A stretch of 59,408 nt of DNA, the filler included, from Rhizaria sp. SCN 62-66 (taxonomy: Eukaryota): assembly GCA_001724265.1 (NCBI GenBank). It is 9 parts of 9 records of this genome, joined end to end, with 100 filler letters (N's around TTAATTAATTAA, not from the genome) between each part and the next. Parts side by side here need not be neighbours in the genome. Positions count along the whole stretch, not along the records: positions 1 to 5,888 come from MEDY01000634.1; positions 5,989 to 11,392 come from MEDY01000636.1; positions 11,493 to 20,643 come from MEDY01000637.1; 6 more parts are not named here. One strand, written 5' to 3'. The notes beneath the pieces were generated by a model. The model saw only the letters and a program-made list of their open reading frames with translations. It made no database searches and was not told where the DNA came from. The first letter of the stretch is position 1, and the number at the start of each line of letters is the position of its first letter. The position numbers were made by a program, and so were the translations under genes. Below, piece by piece: positions 1-12,045 of this stretch.

Positions 1-1
1 G

Positions 2-583
2 GCCGACTTTTACGACGTCGCTTCAAAGTCTCTGAGTGCTGGCTACGCCGCCGTCCCGATCGGCGCGCCCGTTGCCATCTTCTTCCCGCCCCTCGCCGCA
101 ATGGCCATCACCGCGCTCGACCCCCAAGACCCGGGCTTCGCGGCCACGGCCGCCGCAATCACGCGCGGCGGGCTCCCGGCAGCCGTGTTGCGCGCAACGC
201 CGGCCTCCGCGGTCGCGGGCGTGTTCGTAAACACGCTCTTCACGGCCACCATCGCGGCCACGCGCGCCGCGGGCTGGCGTAGCGCCGCGGCCTTCGCCGA
301 CGGTCAGACGCGCGCGCTCTGCGCTGAGGCCGCGCAGCAGGGCGTGGCCGTTAACGCGCTGCGCGCCGTGCCGGGGGAGACGCGCGAGGCCGCGCTGGCC
401 AAGGGCGCGCGCGCGCGCTACGCGGCACTCGTGGCACTGGGCGCGTTCGGGTTCCTTGCGCCCGTGGTGATGCCGTTCGACTTCGAGGCGTACTTCAAGT
501 ACCACTTCAGCAAGGTGTGGAAGCAGACGGAGAACAACGTGGCGCTTATTGTGGACGGCGGGAAGAAGTTCGGGAATGATTAA
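2..583 (+). CDS. 3' part of a ketopantoate-reductase-like (ApbA/PanE-like) protein of bacterial type; 5' truncated by window edge
   Basis: Frame open from position 2 (ADFYDVASKS...AIFFPPLAAM...) to TAA 583; C-terminal LAPVVMPFDFEAYFKYHFSKV resembles, from memory, the PFDLExYLxxHFTKV motif of bacterial ketopantoate-reductase-like proteins. Confidence 0.5.
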   Translation, partial: ADFYDVASKSLSAGYAAVPIGAPVAIFFPPLAAMAITALDPQDPGFAATAAAITRGGLPAAVLRATPASAVAGVFVNTLFTATIAATRAAGWRSAAAFADGQTRALCAEAAQQGVAVNALRAVPGETREAALAKGARARYAALVALGAFGFLAPVVMPFDFEAYFKYHFSKVWKQTENNVALIVDGGKKFGND

Positions 584-996
584 GATCGTTTGAGGCGATA
601 TAGCGCAGGGAAACAAGAGTGTTTAAGTTGCAATACGCGCGATAAAGATATATTGTTCTGTTTGAAATACAAAGTTGTCATTTTTAATTCAGGAAACATG
701 CCGTATCACTGATACATTCTTCGACAAATATTTTGGAAGGCGTTTGTGGTTGTGGCGTGGCGAGGTGTCCGTTGCACGCAGCTATTGAAAGACATCTATA
801 TCTCTGCACAAGCCTCTTGAATAGTAGTGCAACACGTCAATCAAGATTTAGCATACATATAAATATTTGATCGTATAACAATTTTATCCCAATGTCTCAT
901 CAACACTCCATGAACCCTACTGCTTTTCAGTCAACTCTTCGCGAGTTCGCCACTTCCCCATCGACATCTTCCACGTCGTTTACCTGCTCTCCCGCA

Positions 997-3004
997 ATGT
1001 CTGCGTCTGTGCCGCCCCGCTCCAGCGGCGGCGGATCTGCACCCTCGGTTAAGTCGAAGTCTCTGTGCAAGTCGTGGCCCAGCTGCCGCTTCTCCGCGAC
1101 GTGCATGTTCGACCACCCCACCATCGGCCCCGTGCCGCCGCCGCCCGCGCCCGCTGCGGCCGCATCCGCGCCCGCGCAGGGCTCCGCGGCCACCTCCAGC
1201 TGGGGCGGCGCACCTGGTGGCATGATGATGGTGATGACGCCATACGGCATGGTGTACGCGCCTATGATGGGCGCTGGCGATGCTGAGCAGCCCTCGGCAC
1301 CGCCGTGCAGGTTTGGCGACAAGTGTGCTCGCCCCGGTACGTGTCTTGCTATAGTCGCAGATCCTTTGTCCATCATTTGAATGTCCGAGGTTAATTCACT
1401 TGAAGTCTTCGACGATTGTATGTTTTCTCTTATGACTCCCATCTATGCATGTGTCCACTGTTTTTGTACATTCCACAGGTTGCTACTTCTCTCACCCACC
1501 AACAGCAGAAGAGCTCGCAGCCAAGGCTGCCGCTGCCGCCGCTGCCAAGGCTGAGGCGGAGGCCAAGGCCAAGGCTGAGGCCGAAGCCGCGGCCGCCGAA
1601 GCGAGGGCCAAGGCCGAGGCCGAGGGGCCTGGCCGCGAGTTGACACCCGAACTGGAGCTGTACAATACCTGTCTGCTCCTCACCAAAATACTCGCGATGC
1701 CGATATGGACGCCAGTCACTGCCACCACCGGCGCCACCGCTGGCGCGAACAGTGGCAGCTGTGGCACGAGCCCCGCGACAGCGAGCAGTAGTGCGAGCAT
1801 GCCTCGTTCCGGTGGCACCGCGACTGTTAGTACTACTACGAGTGCAAGTGCGAATGCAAGTGCGAGCGCAAGTGACGACGACGCGGCGCCGCAGTCCTCG
1901 TTCGCGCCCGTGTGCAGCGACATTGGGCCCCTGGTCACCGCGATCCGCGCCTGCAACCAGCTCGCGCACTGGACGCAGCCCGACGTGCTGGCGTTCCTCG
2001 GCCTGCCTCCCATCGCGGAGCTCTTCAAAGCGCTCTCCGCCGCGCCCGCCGCCGCGCCCGCTGCCGCGCCCGCCGCCGCCGCCACAGCCGCTAGCGCCGG
2101 CGCAAGCGCGGTTGCTAGGGCAGCCCCCGCGGGCCTGCTCACGGCGAGCGGGATGCTGGCGCCCGCGCTGCCCGGCACGGCGACGCTGCCCCACTCGGTC
2201 GCGGGCCGCACGGGGGCGCGCTTCAGCGTGCGGCGCGTGGCCGGCAAGGTCAAGGTGTTCGTGGAGCAGGAGCCGGACCCACTGACACGGTTCAAGCTGT
2301 TGCTCGTGCGCAGTTCCGGCGGCACGCACATCGGGCCTACGTCTACTGCTACAGCCAGCGGCGGCGAGGACGCTGCGGCGACGGAGAAGCCGCTGCGCGC
2401 GAGGACCGGCCCGTACAAGCTGGTCGTGGTACCGTTTGTGCGGTTTGGAACTGTGAACCAGCCGATCGAGGGCGACATCAACTTTACATCTGAGAGCGCC
2501 AGTGCCAGCGCCAGCGCCAGTGCCAGCGCCAGCGCCAGTGCTGCGGCTGATGGCGTGGTGACAGCGAACGCGAGTGGCGCTGCTGCTGATGCAGTCAGTA
2601 ACAACAGCAACACAACTGCAAGTGTTGCTCCTGCTGCGACTGATAGCGCGACCGTGAAGCCGAAAGGCAAGCCTATTTATGCGTACATCGGTTCGATCAC
2701 TCCCCCCGCGTCTGAGATCGCGATGTTCTCGCCGTTGGGCGAAGCGCTGGCCCCGATGGCGCCCGGCGAACGCAACAAACACCTGCTCTTTGCGCAGGCC
2801 TTCACGCCGACGCCCGCGGGCCACTTCGAACCGATCCGCGTCAAGACAGACCCGCTGACCGCGCGCAACCGCGGGTGGACGATGCTGCGGCAGCTCGGCT
2901 GGCGCGGCGACGGCGCCGGGCTTGGCAGCGACGGCCGCGGCGCTACGGAGCCCGTCGAGATCGTGGTTCGGCCCGAGCGCGGTGGGCTGGCCAAGTCGGC
3001 GTGA
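997..3004 (+). CDS. CCCH zinc-finger + C-terminal G-patch protein; exons 997-1336, 1479-3004
   Basis: CKSWPSCRFSATCMFDHP finger; second finger CRFGDKCARPG|CYFSHP is rebuilt by splicing the GTACGT..CAG intron 1337-1478; G-patch NRGWTMLRQLGWRGDGAGLGSDGRGATEPV; TGA stop. Alternative in-frame ATG at 892. Confidence 0.8.
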
Positions 3005-4045
3005 GTGGGCGCAGGACTGCGAGCTCTCCGCGGCCAGCGACGCAGCTTTTGGTGTGCATACTTGTACCTCGATTTTCTTTTGTCTATTTTCCTTCTCGTG
3101 ATCATCAAACTTTAAGCTTCAAGCGGGGGTCTACCGTTATGCTTATTCAGAACTTAAGCCAACATTGTGGTTAAGTATTTTGTGTTTGATTTCAATAACA
3201 AGTTGCTGCACGCGGAAACAGATCTACCCATATTTCGTCAAAACTGTTGTGATACATGCACGCCTGGCAATGGAGAACACAAAACACACAATACACACTG
3301 AGGCCAACGTAATTTTCAACGTGCCAATTCGTTATTCATTTGAGACGACTATTAGCTCATGACTCACCGTTACAGTGGGGTGAGTAATCCTTTTACAAGA
3401 TGCTTGGGGTGCGTAAGTTCGCATGATCGCTCAAGATGCACCTGAGGCGACAGATGAACAAGTCTCGAGCACAAAGTATAGATAAAAATCGGCCAGCTTT
3501 GCAAGTTCTTGCACGCATGCGACGGCAACTTGTATGACGAGTTTGAAGACCACAATGCGCGCGTTCTCTCTGCTGACTGCCTGAAACTGTGCAAGATGTG
3601 GAGTTTCCCAAAGCGTCGTGCAACCACGACTGTTGCAACGCAAACCACAAACAGTCCTATCACGTTACTTCAGGGGTGGGCCCGCGCCAGCGTTGCCGCA
3701 GCTGCACACGAGTCAAGCCAGCAGTCGCACAGGAGGTCGGACGCCGTATTAGAGGCTCAATTCGACAGTCCACACGGACGTACATGTACTTACATATTAA
3801 TATAGAGTACATATGTATGAACAATCACTCATCAATTTACATCTTTCACTCAAGACGTCAGTCCACCACTCGAGGTCAGTTGCCGGTTATGACTGGCCAC
3901 TCACGATGGGAAGTAATCCTTTTACCATGGCGTAAGTCTGTCGAGCCTCGCCCGCGCTTTTCTTCGAAGCTAGACTGCATCAAAAGCACCACAACAGTTA
4001 AGTTTGTGACTTCGCTACGTCTATTTTCACGTTTGATTATCTTTG

Positions 4046-4200
4046 TGCCCTGTGCGTCTACTGCGCGGTGCTGTGCCCGTGGGGCGCGTGATGTCGTGTG
4101 TGGCAGGCGAGACTGCGGCGACTCATGACGATGGAGACGAACCTTTTGATGCGACAGTGCTGAAAACTTTCATGGGCCAATTCCAAGGTGCTTGCTGCCC
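4046..4200 (+). pseudogene. Isolated fragment paralogous to the C-terminus of the 50066-53062 protein
   Basis: CPVRLLRGAVPVGRVMSCVAGETAATHDDGDE vs CPASLLRGAVPVGRVMTCVADGKQENHDSGDE at ~50190-50285 (-); no long frame around it. Confidence 0.75.
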
Positions 4201-5599
4201 TCGCCAGCCTTATATTGATATCGTCAGTTTCAAGTATTTCCGGTGTAATTGAGAGAGGAGGGGCTCCTTGTATTGTGCTATTGAAAATAGCTACGTGCAA
4301 GAATATTGTTTGGCCGCGATATGTTGGATTGCCGGGGCTAGCTTTCTTTGTAAGCGCACCTTAGAATTTCTGTTAGAGCCGTACACATGCCACGTGTGTC
4401 TTCTGCTGAACAGATATCGCGAGTTTAACACCAGTGTGCGTGACTTAAGGTGACGCAGTGTGTCATTCTCGAGAGATTAATCTTAAAGTTAAGAATTGAG
4501 ACAAGTTTGAAATCAAATATATGTGTAAAAACATACTTAATCCAACCAAAATTTCCGCTCGAGATGTTATTTCACATCAGGCTGCGGCGGAGGCTGTTGC
4601 ATTTGCTGCTGCGGCGGCCGCGTAAATGTCTGCAGCAATAGAAACGCCACTTTTTGGAGTGGCTGATAATGCGTTACATGTATCATCGATGAGGCTGGCT
4701 GGGGCGGAGAGAGACGCAAAGACGGATGACTTTGAGGCACTGTGAGTATTGCGGATGAGCGAAGTCTCGGGCGCACAGGAAAGGCTGATGTGCCTTACAA
4801 CTGTCTACATAAAACCTCCGACTGTGCCTTATCAACACTTAAACAACACCTTGGAACAGCTCCGGCCGCGGGGCGCCCTTCGCGTTCCACAAGGTGCTGT
4901 TTGGGTGTTGCAACGCTGTGTTTTACTGTGATGATGCTGTGTTTCATGCAATATTACTCGAATACATGCAATATTATTCGAATAAGATGATTGTTTCTGT
5001 CTTTTGGACGCTCTTTGAGAACACCCCATTGTTTGTTACACACGGTCAGGCACCGTGGGGGTGTCAGTTTTATGAGGAATATTGTAAGGCACAACTATTA
5101 TTATCAACAAACTACACTCCGTGGCGACCGGCACACGACTTGTTTCAGTAGTGTCCAAGTGTCCCACAAACAGGTTCCTGCTTTGTGGACATGGCTACAA
5201 AATCAAGTTGTTCTTAGACAAATAGGCATTAATGATGAGAAAAAACAGTATAGAAAAATTTGATATACATATCAATTGGAAAATTGTGATTATTATTTGA
5301 TCAGTGTTCCTTTGATGACTTTCCGGAGTGCTATTACGACCTGACCACAAACGAGTTTGGGACACCCTTCTCTTCGCATGTGCGGACCTACTTTGATCTC
5401 GACAGGAAGAAAGTTTCAAGTTGTAAAAGCCGTACAACATCGTTAAAGTCGAATACAATGCGTTGTTATGATGTTTTGTAGTGCATCATCGCTATTTGTT
5501 AGTTTTCACATTTTCGAAAAGCGCTTGATTTGCGGAAAAATGGACTAATTCATCTCTTCACCACAATGCCTCCTTCATCTGTGTTCAGCTCGTAGACCC

Positions 5600-5888
5600 A
5601 TGTCAGCGCTCCCTGCCTGTGTGTGTGCGCCTCTCCCTGCGCCCGAGGACCTAACTGGGGACTTTGCTGTCTACACCGACGTTGCCACAGTTCTTCGGAA
5701 GCGGCTGGAGGACCTGTGCCATGACAAGAACGGCCGCGTCAAGACCTTCTTCCTGGCCTCGCTTCCCAACTCCCTCTCTTTCATCACATTCTACAACGCA
5801 CTCTGTGCCGACCGCCCCGACCTCCGCAACTGTTCCATCTGCGACAAGTTCTTTGGCGCCTACGGCACGGCTGTCACGATCAACGAGG
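5600..5888 (+). CDS. 5' part of hypothetical protein with CxxC motif (bacterial/phage-like family); truncated by contig end
   Basis: ATG 5600, coding-type codon bias, ...DRPDLRNCSICDKFFGAYGTAVTINE. Confidence 0.6.
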
Positions 5889-5988
5889 NNNNNNNNNNNN
5901 NNNNNNNNNNNNNNNNNNNNNNNNNNNNNNNNTTAATTAATTAANNNNNNNNNNNNNNNNNNNNNNNNNNNNNNNNNNNNNNNNNNNN
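5889..5988. other. Artificial contig linker
   Basis: N44-TTAATTAATTAA-N44, stops in all six frames. Confidence 0.98.
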
Positions 5989-6072
5989 GAGGTATACGAG
6001 ATATCATGCATGTGTGGCAAGGTATATGGACTTCTCGCGTGCAATGTAGGAGGTGTGATCAAATAATCGCTC

Positions 6073-6190
6073 GAGAAGGCCTACCACGAGCAGCTCTCCG
6101 TTGCCGAGCTCACCAACGCCGCCTTCGAGCCTGCCAACGTCATCACCAAGTGCAACCCCCGCCACGACATGTTCATGGTCTGCTTGATAA
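6073..6190 (+). pseudogene. Alpha-tubulin internal fragment
   Basis: [37 protein letters not shown] vs canonical [37 protein letters not shown]; non-tubulin sequence on both sides. Confidence 0.85.
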
Positions 6191-6224
6191 TCCATCAAGA
6201 GAGCTTAAGTGTTCGAGTAGTATC

Positions 6225-6345
6225 GTTGAGCAAATAGTTTTATTTTATTAGACTCCTTGTTACACGTAAACATTGGTACACATAAGAAACGTATTATACA
6301 CACACGTAACAAGCATATACACACAGAAAAAACCTACACACATAT
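6225..6345. repeat. Dispersed repeat shared with the 3' flank of the CR gene (32198-32345)
   Basis: Identical blocks GTTGAGCAAATAGTTTTATTTTA and TGTTACACGTAAACATTGGTAC, followed by CA-rich ACATAAGAAAC/ACACAC tracts in both copies. Confidence 0.85.
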
Positions 6346-6354
6346 ATGTAATAG

Positions 6355-6620
6355 AGAAAGCGTGCCTCGACTTTGACGAGTTCGATCGTGACGTAGAGCG
6401 AAATGAGAACCATCAAGAAATAAAGCACGGAATGCGTGAAGAAGGACAGCAGCCAACCGACGAAGCCGCCCTTGTAGATGTCCACGACGTGCTCGAACTT
6501 GCTGTTGACGACGAGCAAAATGAACGGCATGAGCAGACAGAGGATGATGTTAATGACCATAGTCAATGGTGATGATGACCGCGTTGAGCTTGCGTGTGCT
6601 GTTTGAGTTGGAGGCCGATC
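6355..6620 (-). pseudogene. P4-type ATPase (phospholipid flippase) TM3-TM4 fragment, frameshifted
   Basis: RKLNAVIITI / MVINIILCLLM ... LISLYVTIELVKV matches the P4-ATPase PISLYVTIELVK signature; frame break near 6565. Confidence 0.7.
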
Positions 6621-7315
6621 CGGCAGGGTCCTTGGGGCTTGGTGAGAGGAAAAATGGGTCTCTTGTCTGTTGTGGAAAGGGTGTTATTATAATACGATAT
6701 CCTCATATTAATACGATATTAATACTTTAGTCATGAGATTTCATCAATTTGCTGTCGATCCTGTTGGGTTAATCTGAACTCGTGTACTTAAGGTCGGGCC
6801 TGTTGAAATGACCGTGAGCGAGGAGCGCCGTGGCTGATGACGGTTGAGGCGGTCAAAAGTGGTGTCGTTTGAACGACCTGTGGAGGACAGCGGCTCAGGA
6901 GGCAGCATGCCGCAGGTTGTTATCTGCTGCTTTGTTGTTGACCTCCTTATCCACAGTCACAGAATGCGTATGCCCAGATTCCGAGCTCGAGACCGCAGGA
7001 CCACCATATTTTGTTTTTTTAATGGTCTGATGATGGCCAGGTAAATATTAATAATGGCACATATTGTACATAAAAAAAATGTAATTTACTCAGATAGTAA
7101 ACATGCGACGTTAAAGACTGTAAAAATCAACATTATCTTGGTATTTTCGACCATACTAGTAATGCTTATAAGTTTATTGTTGAGTTATTATTTGCACAAT
7201 AATGTAATCTAACTGGCGATATCTAACTAAATATACAATGCATAGTTACAGCACACCGACCTGAGAAGTACTGTACGGCTCGGACTTTCAACAGCTTCAC
7301 ACCAAGCTCCATTGC

Positions 7316-9723
7316 TCAGTTCCGAGAGCCACCGTTGTCACGGCCACCGTTGTAGCCGCCACGGCCGCTGTTGCCATTGTAGCCGCCGCGACGGTCGCCG
7401 TTTCCGCCGAACCTGGCGCGGTTGTCACCGCGGTCACTGTGCCCACGGTCGCCACCGCCGCTGCCGCCGCCGCCGTTATTAACACGGCCCCAGCCGTTGT
7501 CGCGGTCGGCGCGGTCGCCGCCGCGGTCGCCGCCGCGGAAGCCGCCGCGGTCCCCGCCACGGTCGCCGCCGCGGTAGTCGCGGTCGCGGTCGCTGCGGTC
7601 GCGGAACCCACCGCGGTTCTGGCCCTCACTGCCCTCACGGCCCTCACGAGCGTCGCGGTTATCGCGGTGGTCGCGGCGGCCCTTGTTGAAGCGCTCCGTC
7701 TTCTCATCCTCGCGCTGGGCCCGCAGACGGGCGTTGTGCTCCTTGAAGTCCTGCGCCTGCTTGGCCTCGAGCGCGGCCTTCTGCTCCGGCGTGAGCACAC
7801 GACCTGACTTGGGCTTAATGTTGAGCCGCGGCAGGTCGCGAGGCGTCGGGGCGACCTTCTCACTCACCCACAGGAAGTGCATCAGCATGATGTCCGCGTT
7901 GGCGCCGGGCTTGCCGCACGAGAGCACCTCGGTCGCGGGCCCGCCAGCCGCGGCGCCGTCGCCGCCCTCCTCGGCCTCCTCTGCTGCGGCCGCCGCGGAG
8001 TCTTCGCGGTGCTTGTGCCAGGCGGCGACGAAGGGCGCGGCGGTCTTGGCCGTCAGCAGACCCATCTCGGTGCCATCCTTGACGTTGACCTCACACAGAG
8101 GGTCCAGGTACACGAACTTGGGCTCGCTGCCGCCGAGCTGCTCGACGATCTTCGCGGCGGACTCGGGGAGCTCGCCGCGGAAGAACGGCCCGAACTTAGG
8201 CAGGGCGTGGGGCTTGGGCTTCCAGGGAGTCGTCAGAGCCTCCTCGAGCTCCTCCTAAGAAAGGAAACAAAGAGACAATAGTTGATGATATTTGATGAGA
8301 ATTTGAAGCGAGATTAACGTTAGATGCAATAATGAACGTTTTAGGGACGTTTCAGGGATTGTTTAAGGGTTTAAGGACATTTCATTGCTGTTCGTGCACG
8401 TACCTGGCGCGCGTTGCTGCGGTTGTTGGCCCTGAGCGGGGCGGCAAAGACCTCGAACTCGTCATCGGGCATTCCGGGCAGCGCAATGTGGCTGTGAAAG
8501 AGCGAACGCGTCTTCATGCCGACGCAGTGGCCGCCGACGCGGACAAGGGGCAGAGAGAACTCGGCGACGACTTCCCAGGTGGCGACGCCGCGGGTGAGCG
8601 CGATGTCGAAGGCCTCGCGCATGTAGGGCACCTGGCCCGAGGTGAGGCCCTGCACGATGCGGCGACGGCGGTCCTGCACGAGCTCCGACTCGTTCATCAA
8701 GCGGCGCGGCTTGCGACCCGAGCTGTCGAGCTTGTCCTCACACTTCTTGCTTTTGCCCTCGCTCTTGTCGTCGTCATCATCACCGTCCTTGTCGGCGGCA
8801 CTGTCAGTCTTCTTGTCAGCGCCATTGGCCTTCTCAGCCTCTGCATCAGCCTCGGCCTGGGCGGCAGCGGACGCCTTGGCCTCCGCCTTAGCCTCAGCCT
8901 TGGCCTGCGCCACCGTGACGTCGGACGTCGCCGCGGAGCCGTCGGCGTTGACGGCCGAGCCGACGGCGACGTCGTCGCGGTAGTACGCCAGCGACTCGGC
9001 GCGCGCGGTGACGACAGTAACGTTGTTAAGACCGAGCTCGCTGACGACGCGGCGCAGGAAGTTGCACTTCTTGTCCACCGTGTCGACCACGGTGACGCGC
9101 CACTCAGGCCGCGCGATGGCGATGGCGATGCCGGGGAGACCACCACCGGAGCCAATGTCGACGATGTCGAGGACCTTCTTGCCGTTGGCCGCTACGGGGG
9201 CCGAGGCGGGCGTGAGCTTGGCGAGCGTGGGGATGATCGACAGCGAATCAGCGAAGTGGCGGTCGAAGATCAGCTCCGGGTGGCGGTGTGGCAGGATGTT
9301 AAGGTATGGGAAGTTCTCGGGCACGGCGGAAAGCTTGGAAGGCTTGAAGTACGAGTCTTCGAGGTCGGCGATGTTGATTTTGTGGCGCTGCGACGCGAGC
9401 AGGTATTTGCAGTACTCGTGGAAAGTCTCCATCTGACGCTCGCTCAGTCCGCCGATGTTTGACACGGTGTTCTTGAACGCCACGTACGGCTTGGACATGC
9501 CAAAAAGCAAGGGCGACGCCTTACCAACCATGCGATATGCCAGGGGTTGCATTGCAGGGTGATGGCGAGGCGCGGAGGGCCTGTGCCGTGGAGGCAAGCC
9601 AATGTGTGACAAGAGGGCGAAGAGGGGAGAAACATGTGTCCAGTTAGAGGGCAAGATCAACGTTCATGACGGAGATAAAATACATTTCAAAGTTAACATG
9701 TTATTATCTCACCTAAAATCCAT
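7316..9723 (-). CDS. rsmG: RsmG/GidB-family 16S rRNA m7G527 methyltransferase with insertions and RGG/RD-rich C-tail; exons 9723-9713, 9580-8404, 8254-7316
   Basis: RHFADSL, VDIGSGGGLPGIAIAIARP, VDTVDKKCNFLRRVVSELGLNNVTVVTARAE, REAFDIALTRGV, LPLVRVGG, KVAPTPRDLPR; both GT-AG introns preserve frame. Confidence 0.88.
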
Positions 9724-10749
9724 GTTGTGAAACTATTGACAGTCAGACAATGATCATACAGAATGATTTCTAGAGCTCAGTCTATTTCTCTCTGCGACCG
9801 AGACCCGTTTTTCGCGAACCAGCAGTCTGGAGCGAGCGAGCGGACGACTCACTTAGACGGCCCTTAGACGACTGGCTGGGTTTTGTCAAATTGAGATATG
9901 AGGGGCTATAGTGGGTTAAATGGGTCTAGAGTTCAATCGGTGGGTTTCTCGTGGGCGGGTGTGTATAATATCTGCCCCACACACTGAATCTAATCAATCT
10001 TGGACCTATGGGTGCATTCTACGAATGGCCCAGTGCGACGGTCCAGCTCTGCGGTCGACTGCTCCCAGCCGACAACTTGAAGTCGTCCCCAACGGCCAGA
10101 TCAGCTCGTATCGGGATGCCACCTCGCATGCGCACGTATGACGATCGTCTTCACACTGTAAGCGCGGCTAAGCACGCATGTGCTCATGAGGCCGTCCTAA
10201 GATCCCTGATTAGTGTCTCGAGCCAGGGGACGCCAGAGCACTAGACTTGGAGCTGGGCGTGTTCGAATCTCCCCTCTCGCGCCCACCCGTTCGCCACCCC
10301 TCGCACATCCATTTGTGTTACGCCTTCGATATGTTTTGCTTGAGATTTTGAATGACAACTACGGCAACTTCTTTTAGTTTCTATTCCGCGTGCTAGATTT
10401 TGAATATGACCTTTATTCCCGTCGATATTTACCTTGCAATAAGCTCATCAACCAATCACACCGCCTTCCCCGCTGCTTCCTCCCTTTCGTCTGCTGTGCC
10501 TCCAGACTTACGTCTTTCTTTTTTCAAACACTTTTTGAGTGTACTTTATTGTACCTTGCGACAATCTAACGTCTTGCGGCTTTTGGATCCGCAAACCTCA
10601 CCCCTCCAGGGTCGGGCCTGAGACCAACTCTCGTACACGACTATCTGTCCCACAGCATCCGTCGTGCTCGCAATCGTCTGCCTATCTCGTTCTCTTCACT
10701 CCTGTTACATACGTGAGTGACTGACTTAGGTTGCTAACTGCGCCACACG

Positions 10750-11392
10750 ATGTCTGCTCCCGCCCCCACTGCTCAGGGCCCTTCCCCGGCTCCCCCGGCT
10801 TCCGCCGCTGCGGCGCCCCTGTCGTCGTCGTCCTCGTCGCGTCAGTCCGTCGCGCCGCCCCCGCCGGCGATCGCGTCGATCCTGCTCCCCAATGAGACGC
10901 CCCAGCGCGCCGCGCTGCGTCTGCTCAAGGAGTGGCACGACGTCGCGCTGCCCGAGCTGCTGCACCTGCAGCAGGGCCTCGACCTCCTCGACCTGCCCTC
11001 GGTTCCCGTCCCGCTGCCGCCGCTGCCGCCGCAGACGACGCTACCCGAGGCCGCCACACCACAGGGCGTCGCCGTCGCTCAGGCCCTCCGCGCCGCCGCG
11101 CTTACCAAGCACACGCTCGCCCCCGCGGCCTCCGGCCTGCCCGGCGCGCTCAACGCCGCCGCCGCCGCGGGCGCCGGGGCTGTCGGCGCCACCCCAGGCG
11201 CCCCGGGTGGCGCGACCCCTGGCAGCGCGCTGGGCGGCTACGCGGCCTCCGCGGCGACGCCCGCGGCGGGCGCGGCGGGCGGCGCGATGCTACTGGCCGG
11301 CGCGGGCGCTGCGGGCGCTGACGGCGACGCCGGCCGTACTGGCACCCGCTTCGCCACGCGCGCGGCCGGCGCGCCGGGCGCGGCGGGCGGCG
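10750..11392 (+). CDS. Hypothetical Ala/Pro/Gly-rich protein, 3' truncated
   Basis: ATG 10750, GC-rich coding bias, open to contig end; no family recognised. Confidence 0.65.
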
Positions 11393-11492
11393 NNNNNNNN
11401 NNNNNNNNNNNNNNNNNNNNNNNNNNNNNNNNNNNNTTAATTAATTAANNNNNNNNNNNNNNNNNNNNNNNNNNNNNNNNNNNNNNNNNNNN
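11393..11492. other. Artificial contig linker
   Basis: Same 100-nt linker. Confidence 0.98.
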
Positions 11493-12045
11493 GGTAAGCG
11501 GGGAACTTGTCGAGGAACTCCTTCTTGGTGGCCTCGGCCTCAGCACCGACAGCGGTGGAGAAAGCGCGGGCAACCTTGGGCGCTGTGATAGAACCGAGAT
11601 CAGACAAGCAGGAAAAGGAAAGGAAAGGGCAAGGTTGCAGGTAGAGAGAATAGAAAAAAATTGGAGGAAGATGAAAATGAGCTCAACAACGTGGGGGAAT
11701 CGGCATCGTTGGAAGTTCGGTGGGAGACGGTTTGGGGCGGATGCGCTTGAGGAGCCTATACAGAATGACACAAACGGGCCGCATAGAACAAAATGCCGTG
11801 TGGAGGCGGAATTTACGAGCAAATGTAATCAGGCAAAGACGCGGCATGCCTAAACAAAGTCTGTGGAGACCATGCAAGGGGTTGTGGATTTTCGGAGGCT
11901 GGGCCGTCATCGAAGCACCGAGCCGACTTCGTGAATGATCTCTTGGTGGCAATCGCCGAAGTGCTGCGAGGCACTGACAAATTTAAATAGATAGAATAGT
12001 CTGTGACGTACCCTGAGCAATACGCGAACGAAGAATGGAAGACAT
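11493..12045 (-). CDS. 5' part of a probable mitochondrial protein; exons 12045-12012, 11582-11493
   Basis: Spliced MSSILRSRIAQAPKVARAFSTAVGAEAEATKKEFLDKFPAY: Arg/Ser-rich presequence with RAFS cleavage-like motif; GTACGT donor, CAG acceptor. Confidence 0.65.

Noticed and set aside
4679-4710. CIIDEAGWG Walker-B-like peptide (helicase/Helitron remnant)
   Set aside because: Nine residues with no other helicase motif or open frame
5889-5988. Recurrent TTAATTAATTAA palindrome flanked by Ns (8 times)
   Set aside because: Identical 100-nt scaffolding linker; not biological, and adjacency across it is meaningless
8332-9462. Long antisense/overlapping ORFs (also 1430-2824, 13098-13889, 37971-39065 etc.)
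   Set aside because: Shadow ORFs produced by GC-rich codon bias of the real gene on the other strand
10210-10290. GTTCGAATC B-box, possible tRNA (including a suppressor tRNA)
   Set aside because: Flanks do not form a T-stem or cloverleaf; no tRNA seen in the window
11830-11975. Possible alternative presequence exon within the mitochondrial-protein intron
   Set aside because: Acceptor is in phase, but no in-phase donor was found before a TAA
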